Source: Candidatus Woesearchaeota archaeon | Lineage (GTDB): Archaea; Nanobdellota; Nanobdellia; Pacearchaeales; GW2011-AR1 | NCBI GenBank assembly: GCA_964598985.1 | Contig: CAZRDP010000001.1 | Coordinates: 99,730 to 127,186 of the forward strand | Length of the DNA: 27,457 nt | Direction: 5' to 3' | Shown here: positions 1 through 8,928 of the stretch, piece by piece | How positions within the stretch are numbered: position 1 is the stretch's first letter | Layout: every line of letters begins with the position of its first letter | The notes under the pieces: model-generated | Databases searched by the model: none | What the model was told of the DNA's origin: nothing | What the model saw: only the letters and a program-made list of their open reading frames with translations | Made by a program: the position numbers and the translations under genes

Positions 1-1284
1 AATTATACTTCGGAAAAAAAGAAAGATATACGTGAAAAAAATTACATTAAAATTGCTGCGAAAATGCAAAACATCCTCACTAGAATTAGGCTGAATCTTT
101 CAAGAAATAAAAATAAAATATTTGTCTCTGGCGGAGAACCATATTTTGGTAACCTGACAAAAGAACTTCTCAAAAATAAAAAAAACAGAGTATTCAATTT
201 TAGCGGGAAATTGAGCAGAAGTTTTTTTGTGGGTTTGAATTATCTTCCTTTTTATGAATTCAAAGGAATAAAATTTTCTGAAGAAGAACTTAAAAAGGAT
301 GCGATTGATTTGGAAAAAAATATTGATAAAAATTTTTCAAAAATTTACGGAATCGAGACAGAAATAGAAAATTCGATTAAAAAAAAGTTAATTTCGATTG
401 TAAATACAAATTCAGAGGTTTTTTCAAAATTGGAGGAATTTTATTCGTTTATAAAAGATGAAAAAATTGATTTAATTATAACCAGCGAAGAAAGTGATCC
501 TTTATCCAGGGGCATTATTCAAATTGCAAATAAATTCAATGTTCCGACGATGATTTTTCAACACGGATTATTTATGAGCGAAATTGCAACATACTCAAAT
601 GCAGATTATGTGTTTTCGATAGAGGAAAAACAGAAAGACCTTTATCTTAAAAGTTCTTCAAAAAAAACAAAAGTAAATGTTATGGGAATACCCCGTTATG
701 ATTCGTTCAAAAAAACAGAAAAACAAAGAAAAGAAAAAATAATTTTGTACATTATGGAAGTTTCAAGGAAACTTGATATGGTTCCGGAAACACATCTTAC
801 AAAAAAACAGCAAAAGGAAATTTTGAGAATTATTTTTAATGTTATGAAAAAATTCAAAGATTATAAATTGATAGTTAAAACGAGACCGGGGTGGGAAATG
901 GCAGGACTTCCGGAAAGTATTGCAAAAGAACAAAATTTCAAAAATGCGGAATTTATAGAAAAAACGGATAATAATCAACTTTTGAATGATTCTGATTTGA
1001 TAATTGTGAATTTTTCCAGCATGGGATACGAAGCACTTCTCCTCAAAAAACCAGTTATTTCACTTTCATATAAAAATGTAAAAAAGTTTAACCCTTATGA
1101 AAAAATAGAAGTCGTTGAAAAAGTTTATACAGAAAAAGAATTGTACGATTCAATTGTAAAAAATTTGAAAAAAGGCGGGTATAGAGAAGAGGGTTTGGAA
1201 AAATATTTTGAAGTTAATAAAAATAGTTCTCAAGATATTTCTAATTTTATAAACAAAGTTTTAAACATGTATAAAAGAAGATAA
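1..1284 (+). CDS. GT-B-fold surface-polysaccharide biosynthesis protein (CDP-glycerol glycerophosphotransferase / UDP-GlcNAc 2-epimerase-like fold), 5'-truncated by the window
   Basis: Frame 1 is open from base 1 (NYTSEKKKDIREKNYIKIAAK) into the listed Met at 64. Motifs IFQHGLF, VMGIPRYD and DLIIVNFSSMGYEALLLKKPVI; lies in a sugar cluster. Confidence 0.65.
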   Translation, partial: NYTSEKKKDIREKNYIKIAAKMQNILTRIRLNLSRNKNKIFVSGGEPYFGNLTKELLKNKKNRVFNFSGKLSRSFFVGLNYLPFYEFKGIKFSEEELKKDAIDLEKNIDKNFSKIYGIETEIENSIKKKLISIVNTNSEVFSKLEEFYSFIKDEKIDLIITSEESDPLSRGIIQIANKFNVPTMIFQHGLFMSEIATYSNADYVFSIEEKQKDLYLKSSSKKTKVNVMGIPRYDSFKKTEKQRKEKIILYIMEVSRKLDMVPETHLTKKQQKEILRIIFNVMKKFKDYKLIVKTRPGWEMAGLPESIAKEQNFKNAEFIEKTDNNQLLNDSDLIIVNFSSMGYEALLLKKPVISLSYKNVKKFNPYEKIEVVEKVYTEKELYDSIVKNLKKGGYREEGLEKYFEVNKNSSQDISNFINKVLNMYKRR

Positions 1285-1316
1285 ATGCTTTTAAAGGACT
1301 TGTTTTTAGAAAAAAT

Positions 1317-2336
1317 ATGCTGAAAGAAATAAAAGGAAAGAGAATCTTAATTACCGGCGGAGCAGGATTTTTAGGAAGAGCGTTGACAAGAGAGTTATTG
1401 AAATATGAACCTCAAAGTATAAGAATCTTCAGCAGAGACGAATTTAAGCATTATAAAATGAGCCAGGAATTTGGGCTTGAAAGCACGAAAGGACCGCTAA
1501 GATTTTTGCTCGGCGACGTAAGAGATTATGAAAGATTAAAAAGAGCGACGAAAGGATGCGATATTGTTATACATGCTGCAGCTCTGAAAAGAATTGACAT
1601 GATTGAATACAACGTCGGAGAAGCGATAAACACAAACGTTTTCGGAAGTTTAAATGTTATGAAAGCATGCATTGAAAATAATGTAAAAAAAGTAGTATTC
1701 GTTTCAACGGATAAAGCGTGTCTGCCGATTAATACTTATGGTGCAACAAAATTTCTGGCAGAAAGAATTTTTATTGAAGGGAATTACAGCAAAGGTAAAT
1801 CTCCGACGTGTCTTGTGGGGGTAAGATATGGCAATGTTATAAACAGCACAGGTTCAGTCATTCCGTTTTTTTTGGAGAAAATAAATAAAGGGGAGCCTTT
1901 GCCAATCACCGACGATAGAATGACGCGTTTTTTAATAACTGATAAACAGGCAGTAAATTTAATTTTCAATGCAATACTACATGGTGAAGGAGGAGAAATT
2001 TTCGTTCCGAAGTTGCCTTCATTCAATATTAAAGAGTTGGCAAAAGGATTATGTGATTTAAAAGGAAAACCTTTCAAATATGAAATTTCCGGTATAAGAC
2101 CCGGCGAAAAATTACATGAATTTATGGTCAACGAAGCTGAAAGCATAAGAGCAAAAGAATTCCAGAATTTTTTTGTGATAACATCGGAAGTCGAAAAATA
2201 TATTAAGAAAAAAAATAAATTTTTAGAAAAAGGGAAACCAATGACAAAAAAAACTTACAGTTCTGAAGATTCATTAATTTCGGGAAACGAATTATTGGAA
2301 TATCTTAAAAAGATTAAAATTTTGGATAAAGAATGA
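1317..2336 (+). CDS. pseB: UDP-N-acetylglucosamine 4,6-dehydratase (PseB/FlaA1-like, Polysacc_synt_2)
   Basis: TGGAGFLG, FSRDEFKH, HAAALK, STDKACLPINTYGATK, RYGNV..S.GSVIP, TDDRMTRF, GIRPGEKLHE. Confidence 0.88.
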   Translation: MLKEIKGKRILITGGAGFLGRALTRELLKYEPQSIRIFSRDEFKHYKMSQEFGLESTKGPLRFLLGDVRDYERLKRATKGCDIVIHAAALKRIDMIEYNVGEAINTNVFGSLNVMKACIENNVKKVVFVSTDKACLPINTYGATKFLAERIFIEGNYSKGKSPTCLVGVRYGNVINSTGSVIPFFLEKINKGEPLPITDDRMTRFLITDKQAVNLIFNAILHGEGGEIFVPKLPSFNIKELAKGLCDLKGKPFKYEISGIRPGEKLHEFMVNEAESIRAKEFQNFFVITSEVEKYIKKKNKFLEKGKPMTKKTYSSEDSLISGNELLEYLKKIKILDKE

Positions 2337-3235
2337 AAATCCTCATAACAGGCGCGAAAGGACTTCTCGGTTCAAATTTATGCCTCATGTATTCTGAAAA
2401 AAATGAAGTTATAGCGACTGGAATAAACAAACCGGATTTTAATTTCTGCAAAAATTATGAAATGGATATAACAAAAAAAAAGGACTTGAAAATTATTGAA
2501 AAAGAAAAACAGGACTTAGTTATAAATTGCGTCGCTATAACAGATATGACTCTTTGCGAGGATAATCCAAAATTAGCTGAAGATGTAAACGCTTTTGGCG
2601 CAAAGAATCTTGCAGAAATTTGCAAAGATAATAACATTTTTTTTATTCACATTTCAACCGACGCTGTGTATGGTGACGGGAAAGGAAATTATAATGAAAA
2701 AGATAAAACAAACCCTTTGGGAGTTTAGGGAAAAACAAAATTATGGGGGGAAAAATATGTTGAAGAAATCGGAGGAAAATACGCCATTGTAAGAACAACC
2801 ATATACGGTTGGAATCACCTTGATAAATTTAGTTTGGGCGAATGGGTTTTGGATAAACTTGAAAAAAATGAAACTTTCAAAGGATTTACGGATATAAAAT
2901 TTACACCAATATTGACGACTAATCTTGGAGAAGCATTGTTAGAAATATACCATAAAAATTTTAATGGGATTTTGAATGTTGCGAGTCCGGATGTCTGCAC
3001 TAAATACGAATTTGCAAAAAAGATTGCAGAGGTTTTTGGAAAAAATTCTAATTTGGTTACGCCTGCTTCTTCGGATGAATTTAATTTTAAAGCAAAAAGG
3101 GCAAAAGACATGTATTTGAATTGTGATAAGGCGCAGAGATTATTGAAGACAAAACTTCTTAATGTAGAAGATGGTCTGAAAGAATTCAAAAATCTAAGAG
3201 AAGATGGATTTTTGGAGAGATTAAAGAATATATAA
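2333..3235 (+). pseudogene. RmlD-like (dTDP-4-dehydrorhamnose reductase family) SDR, 300 codons with one in-frame TAG at 2726-2728
   Basis: ORFs 2333..2728 and 2834..3235 share a frame. Read-through gives GAKGLLG...HISTDAVYGD...NPLGV*GKTKLWGE...VRTTIYG...FTPILTTNL..., so the TAG replaces the Tyr of YxxxK. Confidence 0.85.
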
Positions 3236-3279
3236 TTTTTTACGATAAAATTTAAAAATATCGAACATAGAGAATATTT

Positions 3280-4344
3280 ATGATAAAAATAGGAAATTCT
3301 ATAATTGGAGAGAATCAGCCGACTTATTTTATTGCAGATATAGCGGCAAACCACGACGGAGATTTGGAAAGAGCAAAAAAACTTATTTATCTTGCAAAAG
3401 AAAACGGAGCGAACGCGGTGAAGTTCCAGCATCATGATGTAAAACATTATGTAAGTAAAAAAGGTTTTGAATCTCTCGGGGGGCAATTCTCGCATCAGGC
3501 GAAATGGGAAAAACCTGTTTTTGAAGTTTACAAGGATGCAGAAGTCCCACTTGATTGGACACCCCTGTTAAAAAAATATTCTGACGAAATCGGGATTGAT
3601 TTTTTTTCAACCCCGTACGACCTAAATATGGTTGACCATTTAGACCCTTATGTTCCTGCTTTTAAAATCGGCTCAGGGGACATTAATTTTCCTCAAATGC
3701 TTGAGAAAGTTGCAAAAATGGGAAAACCTGTTTTACTTGCCACCGGCGCTTCAACTATTGAAGAAGTTGTTAAAGCGGTTGATACAATTAAAAAATATAA
3801 CAAAGACATAATTCTGTTTCAATGCAATACAAATTATACAGGAAGCGAAGATAATTTTAAGTACATTAATTTAAATGTGCTTAATGCATACAAAAAATTA
3901 TTTCCGGAGATAATTCTGGGGCTTTCCGACCACACCCCAGGGGATGTTACAGTTTTGGGGGCAGTTTCATTGGGTGCGAGAACAATTGAAAAACATTTTA
4001 CCGACGACAATTTAAGAGCAGGACCGGACCATCCTTTCTCTATGAACCCTGTTTCATGGAAAAATATGGTTGATAGAACAAGAAAACTTGAAAGTTCTTT
4101 GGGAACTTCAACGAGAAAAGTTGAAGATAATGAAAAAGAAACAGTCGTACTTCAGAGAAGATGCATACGGGCAAATCGGGATATTAAACAAGGGGAAAAA
4201 ATTTTGAAAGAATATTTGGAATACCAGAGACCTGCCCCTGCAGGAAGTTTGAGTCCGGAGAATGAAAGATATATCGTCGGAAAAAAAGCATTAAAAGATA
4301 TTCTAAAAGAGGAACCATTTAAATTAGAGCACTTGGGGGAATAA
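3280..4344 (+). CDS. neuB: Nonulosonic acid synthase (NeuB/PseI family) with C-terminal SAF domain
   Basis: IADIAANHDGD, AVKFQ, FSTPYD, FKIGSGD, GLSDHT, IEKHFT, PDHPFS; SAF-like C-terminus RRCIRANRDIKQGE. Confidence 0.92.
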   Translation: MIKIGNSIIGENQPTYFIADIAANHDGDLERAKKLIYLAKENGANAVKFQHHDVKHYVSKKGFESLGGQFSHQAKWEKPVFEVYKDAEVPLDWTPLLKKYSDEIGIDFFSTPYDLNMVDHLDPYVPAFKIGSGDINFPQMLEKVAKMGKPVLLATGASTIEEVVKAVDTIKKYNKDIILFQCNTNYTGSEDNFKYINLNVLNAYKKLFPEIILGLSDHTPGDVTVLGAVSLGARTIEKHFTDDNLRAGPDHPFSMNPVSWKNMVDRTRKLESSLGTSTRKVEDNEKETVVLQRRCIRANRDIKQGEKILKEYLEYQRPAPAGSLSPENERYIVGKKALKDILKEEPFKLEHLGE

Positions 4345-5027
4345 TGAAAGTTCTTGTTGTTGCAGCGCACCCCGACGACGAAGTTTTAGGTTGCGGAGCA
4401 ACTATTGCAAAGCACGCAAAAAAAGGAGACGAAGTTGAAATTTTAATTTTAGGCGACGGAATTACTGCAAGATATGAAGAACATGAATTAAACAATCCTG
4501 AAGTTTTAAAACAAGTTTCCGAGATAAATAAACATGCTTTAAACGCCGGGAAAATGTTGGGTGCAAAAAAAGTTGAACTAAAAGGTTTTCATTGCGGAAG
4601 ATTTGATAGATATCCTTTAATTGATATAACAAAAATTATTGAAAAAAAACTTAACGATTTTAAACCGGAAAGGGTTTACACGCATGGGCCTGTTGACGCA
4701 AATAATGACCACAAGATTGTTTTCAAAGCTGTTCAAATTGCAACAAGACCCATACGGCGAAATTATTTTGTTAAGGATGTTTTCATAATGGAAAATTTAT
4801 CCGGTTTAGAATGGGGGTTTGACGGAAGTTTCAGACCTGATTATTACAATGATGTTGAAAAAACAATTGGACTTAAAATAAAAGCAATGCAAGAATATTC
4901 CGGAGAAAAAAGAAAATTTCCGCATCCGCGGTCTGACAAAGCAATAATTGCGCTATCAATAAAGAGGGGTTCTGAATCCGGCTTGGATAATGCTGAAGCA
5001 TTTAAAGTTTTGAGGATGATAAATTAA
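4344..5027 (+). CDS. PIG-L/LmbE-family N-acetyl sugar deacetylase
   Basis: AAHPDDEVLGCG, THGPVDANNDH, FPHPRS, AEAF; 1-nt stop/start overlap with neuB. Confidence 0.88.
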   Translation: MKVLVVAAHPDDEVLGCGATIAKHAKKGDEVEILILGDGITARYEEHELNNPEVLKQVSEINKHALNAGKMLGAKKVELKGFHCGRFDRYPLIDITKIIEKKLNDFKPERVYTHGPVDANNDHKIVFKAVQIATRPIRRNYFVKDVFIMENLSGLEWGFDGSFRPDYYNDVEKTIGLKIKAMQEYSGEKRKFPHPRSDKAIIALSIKRGSESGLDNAEAFKVLRMIN

Positions 5028-5028
5028 A

Positions 5029-5682
5029 ATGAAAAAATTAGAAAAAGTTGTTGCTGTAATCCCTGCTTTTAACGAAGAAGCAACTATAGAAAAAATTTTG
5101 AAAGAAACAAGAAAATACGTCGATGAACAAATTTTGATAGATGACTGTTCAAGTGATAATACTCACAAAATCGCAGAAAAATATGCATTAGTTTTCAGAA
5201 ATAAAAATAATTTGGGATATGATGCATCGTTGAACAAAGGATTTGAATTGGCAAAAAGAAATGGAGCAAGTATAATAATTACACTTGATGCTGACGGACA
5301 ACATAATTCTGATGAGATACCAAATTTTGTCAACCCGATAAAAAATAATGCGGCGGATATCGTCGTGGGAATAAGACCTTTTACAAACAGATTCATGGAA
5401 AAAATATTTCGGAAGTATGGGTTAAAAAAATTTGGGGTTGATGACCCCCTTTGCGGAATGAAGGCCTACAATATTAAAGTGTATGAAAACGCAGGTTTTT
5501 TTGACAATATGAAATCTATCGGGACTCAACTTACATTTTTATCCTCATTAAAGGGATATAGAGTTCTAAGTATTCCAATAAATTATAACAAGAGAAAAGA
5601 TACTCCGCGTTTTGGAAATCAGATAAAAGGAAATATTAAATTATTTTACGCATATTTAAGATTAAAAAAATATTTTAGATGA
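5029..5682 (+). CDS. Glycosyltransferase family 2 (DPM1-like)
   Basis: IPAFNEE, IDDCSSD, NLGY, TLDADGQH, DIVVGIR, DPLCGMKAY. Confidence 0.88.
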   Translation: MKKLEKVVAVIPAFNEEATIEKILKETRKYVDEQILIDDCSSDNTHKIAEKYALVFRNKNNLGYDASLNKGFELAKRNGASIIITLDADGQHNSDEIPNFVNPIKNNAADIVVGIRPFTNRFMEKIFRKYGLKKFGVDDPLCGMKAYNIKVYENAGFFDNMKSIGTQLTFLSSLKGYRVLSIPINYNKRKDTPRFGNQIKGNIKLFYAYLRLKKYFR

Positions 5683-6374
5683 AAATGAAAAATGTAATAC
5701 TTACAATAAAGTCATGGAATGTTGAAAATGCTAGAAAGTTAAAACTTGAAGATAAAGAAAACGAATGGAGCATATTTACAGAACATAGCCCTGAGACATA
5801 CAAAAAAATAGAGTCCATCAATCCGAATTATATTTTTGTCCCGCATTGGTCATGGATAATTCCGGAAAGCATATGGAAAAATTATGATACAGTCGTTTTT
5901 CATCCGACGGACTTGCCTTACGGAAGAGGCGGAACTCCTATCCAAAATTTAATTATACGCGGGATTTACAAAACAAAACTAAGTGCGTTGAAAGTTAACG
6001 GGCAAATTGACGCCGGTCCAATATATCTTAAAAAAGATTTTGATATGTCTGAAGGGAATATTGATAAAATATTAAGGCGTGCTTCAAAGATTTATTTTGA
6101 AGAGATGATTCCTGAAATAATAAATAACAGAATATCTCCAAGACCTCAGGAAGGGGAAGTTGTAATTTATAAAAGAAGAAAACCCGAAGATAGTGATTTA
6201 AATTCGATTTTGAAAGAAAAAAAATCTGACCCGCGAAAAATTTATGATTTTATACGGATGCTCGACGGCGAAGGTTATCCCAGAGCATATCTTAATTTGG
6301 GAGATAAAAGAATAGAATTTTATGACGCCCGTCTCCTTGAATATAAGGTTAGTTCTGAAGTAGTGATTAAATAA
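5679..6374 (+). CDS. Formyltransferase (Fmt-like, probably a sugar N-formyltransferase)
   Basis: FVPHWSWII, FHPTDLPYGRGGTPIQNLI, IDAGPIY, YDFIRMLDGEGYPRAY; sugar-cluster context. Confidence 0.82.
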   Translation: MKMKNVILTIKSWNVENARKLKLEDKENEWSIFTEHSPETYKKIESINPNYIFVPHWSWIIPESIWKNYDTVVFHPTDLPYGRGGTPIQNLIIRGIYKTKLSALKVNGQIDAGPIYLKKDFDMSEGNIDKILRRASKIYFEEMIPEIINNRISPRPQEGEVVIYKRRKPEDSDLNSILKEKKSDPRKIYDFIRMLDGEGYPRAYLNLGDKRIEFYDARLLEYKVSSEVVIK

Positions 6375-6404
6375 ATTTTTAATTAGAAGATACATTAAAT
6401 AAAT

Positions 6405-7088
6405 ATGAAAAAAGAAAAAATCATTGCAATCATTCCGGCGCGCGGAGGAAGCAAGGGGATTCCCAGAAAAAATTTGAAATTGATAAACAGAAAACCTCTT
6501 CTTGCATATCCTATTGAAGCTGCACTCGGAGTTGAAGAAATTGACAGAGTAATCGTCTCAACTGACGACGATGAAATAGCAGAAACCGCGAAAAAATTTG
6601 GAGCGGAAGTCCCTTTCATGAGACCAGAAGAATTATCCGGGGACGAAGTTTTGACTGTTCCGGTTCTTCAGCACGCTGTTGATTGGCTAAAGGAAAATGA
6701 AAATTACGACGCAGACATAATCATTCTTCTTTATGCGACTTCGCCAATGCTGACAAGTGGGAAAATAAAAGAAGGTATTGAAAAAATAAATGGGCATAAT
6801 GATGTTGATTCAGTGGTCAGTGTTTGTAAAGATGACAAATACCACTGGAAAGAAGAAGGCGGAAAGCTAATCAGATTTTATCCTATGGAAATTATGCCGA
6901 GACAAATGATGACTCCTTTGCTAAGAGAAAATGGGGCATTGTATATTGTGAGAAAGGAAATAATGAAAAAAACAGGGAGATACATTGGCGGAAATATAAG
7001 ATATATCCTAATGAAAGAAAAAGAAACCTGGGATATAGATACCGAAGAAGATTTTGAAATTATTGAAGAGCTGATGAAGAAGAATTAA
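6405..7088 (+). CDS. neuA: CMP-nonulosonic acid synthetase (NeuA/PseF cytidylyltransferase)
   Basis: IIPARGGSKGIPRKN, VSTDD, AEVPFMRP, LYATSP, ENGALY, DIDTEEDF. Confidence 0.92.
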   Translation: MKKEKIIAIIPARGGSKGIPRKNLKLINRKPLLAYPIEAALGVEEIDRVIVSTDDDEIAETAKKFGAEVPFMRPEELSGDEVLTVPVLQHAVDWLKENENYDADIIILLYATSPMLTSGKIKEGIEKINGHNDVDSVVSVCKDDKYHWKEEGGKLIRFYPMEIMPRQMMTPLLRENGALYIVRKEIMKKTGRYIGGNIRYILMKEKETWDIDTEEDFEIIEELMKKN

Positions 7089-8439
7089 TTTTTTTTCTGT
7101 AAAAAACCATCCCCAAAACGGAAACAGTTTTTGAAATCAGCGTCGCGGTTGTTGCACCGATAACAGCGTATATTGAACCGAATTTTAATAAAAATGTTAC
7201 TAATGAAAATGCAAGAACAACATTAAGTATCGTCGTAACAATAGAAAGATTGGCCAAAAATTTTGTTTTTCCCATTGAAGTGAAATATGAAATATAAATT
7301 CCTTCAAGAGACATTATCATGATTAAAGGTGAGAATACCTTTAGGACAATCACTGAACTGAGATAATTATTCCCCAAAATAATTTTAATAATCAAAGGGG
7401 CGAAAATAAAAACCCCTGCTGAAGCAAAAAAAGAAATTAAAAATATAAGCCGGGAAGATTTTTTCAATCCGAGCTCCAACTTTTTTTTGTCTAACTTACT
7501 AAAAATCGGATACATCACAATTGAAAATGCTAAAAATGCCATCAAAGAGCCAATAATACTGCTCGCTCCGCTGTAATAACCAATATATTCTCCTGCAACG
7601 AATTTACCAAGGATAAGGAGGTCTATATAACTGTAAAGTGTCGTCGATAAAATTGTGATAACTAAAGGAAGCATAAACCGGTTTATTTGTTTTTTTTCCT
7701 CCTCAGAAATTTTATTATTTGGTATTGACTTGAAAGATATTTCCTTTTTTGAAAATAGAAACATAAATACTAGGGTGGCTAAATATGCTATTGAAATTCC
7801 AAAGGCAAGAATGAAAAGTTTTTTTTCCTGAGTCATTGCAGAATCAACTAACAAAAAGAAAACTCCAAGAACAAAAACAAAACGCGATATTTGAAAAAAT
7901 ATTTCTTTGAAGAATACTGGCTTGAGATTATTTGCTGCTCTGAATCTGTATTCGAGAAAATTTGTCATACCATAAAGAATAATTATTAGAGGACCAAAGA
8001 GTAAAGCCGAAAAAATCGGTTTTTCATAATAATTTTGAGCTATAAATTTTGAAGTAAATATTAAGAATAAAGATACAGATAAAATAAGAATTATCTTCAA
8101 TTTGAACAAATATTTAAGAAATCTGGCCGCCTTTTTTTTCTTTTCAAGATTTGGCGAGATAAACTTTATTATCGCTGAACTTATTCCTGGGTCAGTGAAA
8201 GAAATCATTAAAAAAATTGTACCAATTACAAGATTGTAAAGTCCAAATAATTCAGGCATTAAAATCCTGGCTAAAATTATAGTAAAAATTAGAGCAAGAA
8301 ATTTTCCGGCAAGAGCAATTCCAAACTGATATGCGCTGTTCTTAATCATCAAACCCATATTTCCCGAAAAATCTCTTTTTCTAAAACGATTAAAAATATT
8401 TTTAAAATCATTTTCCTCCCTGGTTATGAAATTATCCAT
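7060..8439 (-). CDS. Wzx/MATE-like oligosaccharide flippase
   Basis: 459 aa with many TM segments; ILARILMPELFGLY, LYSYIDLLILGKF, GYYS; overlaps the neuA 3' end by 29 bp. Confidence 0.85.
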   Translation of the reverse strand: MDNFITREENDFKNIFNRFRKRDFSGNMGLMIKNSAYQFGIALAGKFLALIFTIILARILMPELFGLYNLVIGTIFLMISFTDPGISSAIIKFISPNLEKKKKAARFLKYLFKLKIILILSVSLFLIFTSKFIAQNYYEKPIFSALLFGPLIIILYGMTNFLEYRFRAANNLKPVFFKEIFFQISRFVFVLGVFFLLVDSAMTQEKKLFILAFGISIAYLATLVFMFLFSKKEISFKSIPNNKISEEEKKQINRFMLPLVITILSTTLYSYIDLLILGKFVAGEYIGYYSGASSIIGSLMAFLAFSIVMYPIFSKLDKKKLELGLKKSSRLIFLISFFASAGVFIFAPLIIKIILGNNYLSSVIVLKVFSPLIMIMSLEGIYISYFTSMGKTKFLANLSIVTTILNVVLAFSLVTFLLKFGSIYAVIGATTATLISKTVSVLGMVFYRKKINSSSSALQ

Positions 8440-8468
8440 GGAAATTAAAGAAAAAAATTGTTTTTATA

Positions 8469-8927
8469 TTATTCTATTTCTTTTAATTTTTTGAATTTGA
8501 AATAATCATAAATAATTGAAATTTTACCTATCCTTTTCTTTTTATAAATTAGATATGCGAAATCTAAAATTAAATGGAATGAAAAACCAAATAAGATAAA
8601 AAAGAAAATTTTATTTATAAAAATCCCGAGCAGAGACAAAACCAAAATCGGTTCAATGCCGTGCAAAAAATAAAATCCAGAATAATATTTTTTTCTTTCC
8701 TCCCTCGGAATTTTTTCCATTTTTAATTTTTTGTCAAAAAAATATTTTACCGATTTTTTTGGGTTGAAATTCTTCTTTTTCAAAATATAGTAAATATAGT
8801 GGTCAATGTCAATTAAAAAACTGGATAGAAAAATTATTCCCGCATAAAAAAAACTTACTTTAGGAAATATCAAAAATATTGCAGAAGAAAAAATAAATCC
8901 CAGGAGGATGTGGTATTTCGGGAGCAT
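8469..8927 (-). CDS. Membrane metal-dependent hydrolase-like protein (YdjM/DUF457-like)
   Basis: N-terminal His (PKYH), IDIDH, FLHG.E and FHLILD motifs within TM helices; starts 1 nt after the secD stop. Confidence 0.65.
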   Translation of the reverse strand: MLPKYHILLGFIFSSAIFLIFPKVSFFYAGIIFLSSFLIDIDHYIYYILKKKNFNPKKSVKYFFDKKLKMEKIPREERKKYYSGFYFLHGIEPILVLSLLGIFINKIFFFILFGFSFHLILDFAYLIYKKKRIGKISIIYDYFKFKKLKEIE

Positions 8928-8928
8928 T

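Noticed and set aside
2726-2728. TAG reassignment (stop-to-Tyr recoding or pyrrolysine)
   Set aside because: TAG is an ordinary terminator for 13581..14312, 19399..20271 and 26247..27173, and no other gene in the window is interrupted by it.
763-6619. Antisense or overlapping ORFs in the sugar cluster (763..978, 1784..2146, 2455..2637, 2595..2792, 2815..3495, 3383..3610, 4152..4370, 5163..5396, 6198..6395, 6395..6619)
   Set aside because: Shadows of well-supported genes, with no recognisable motifs.
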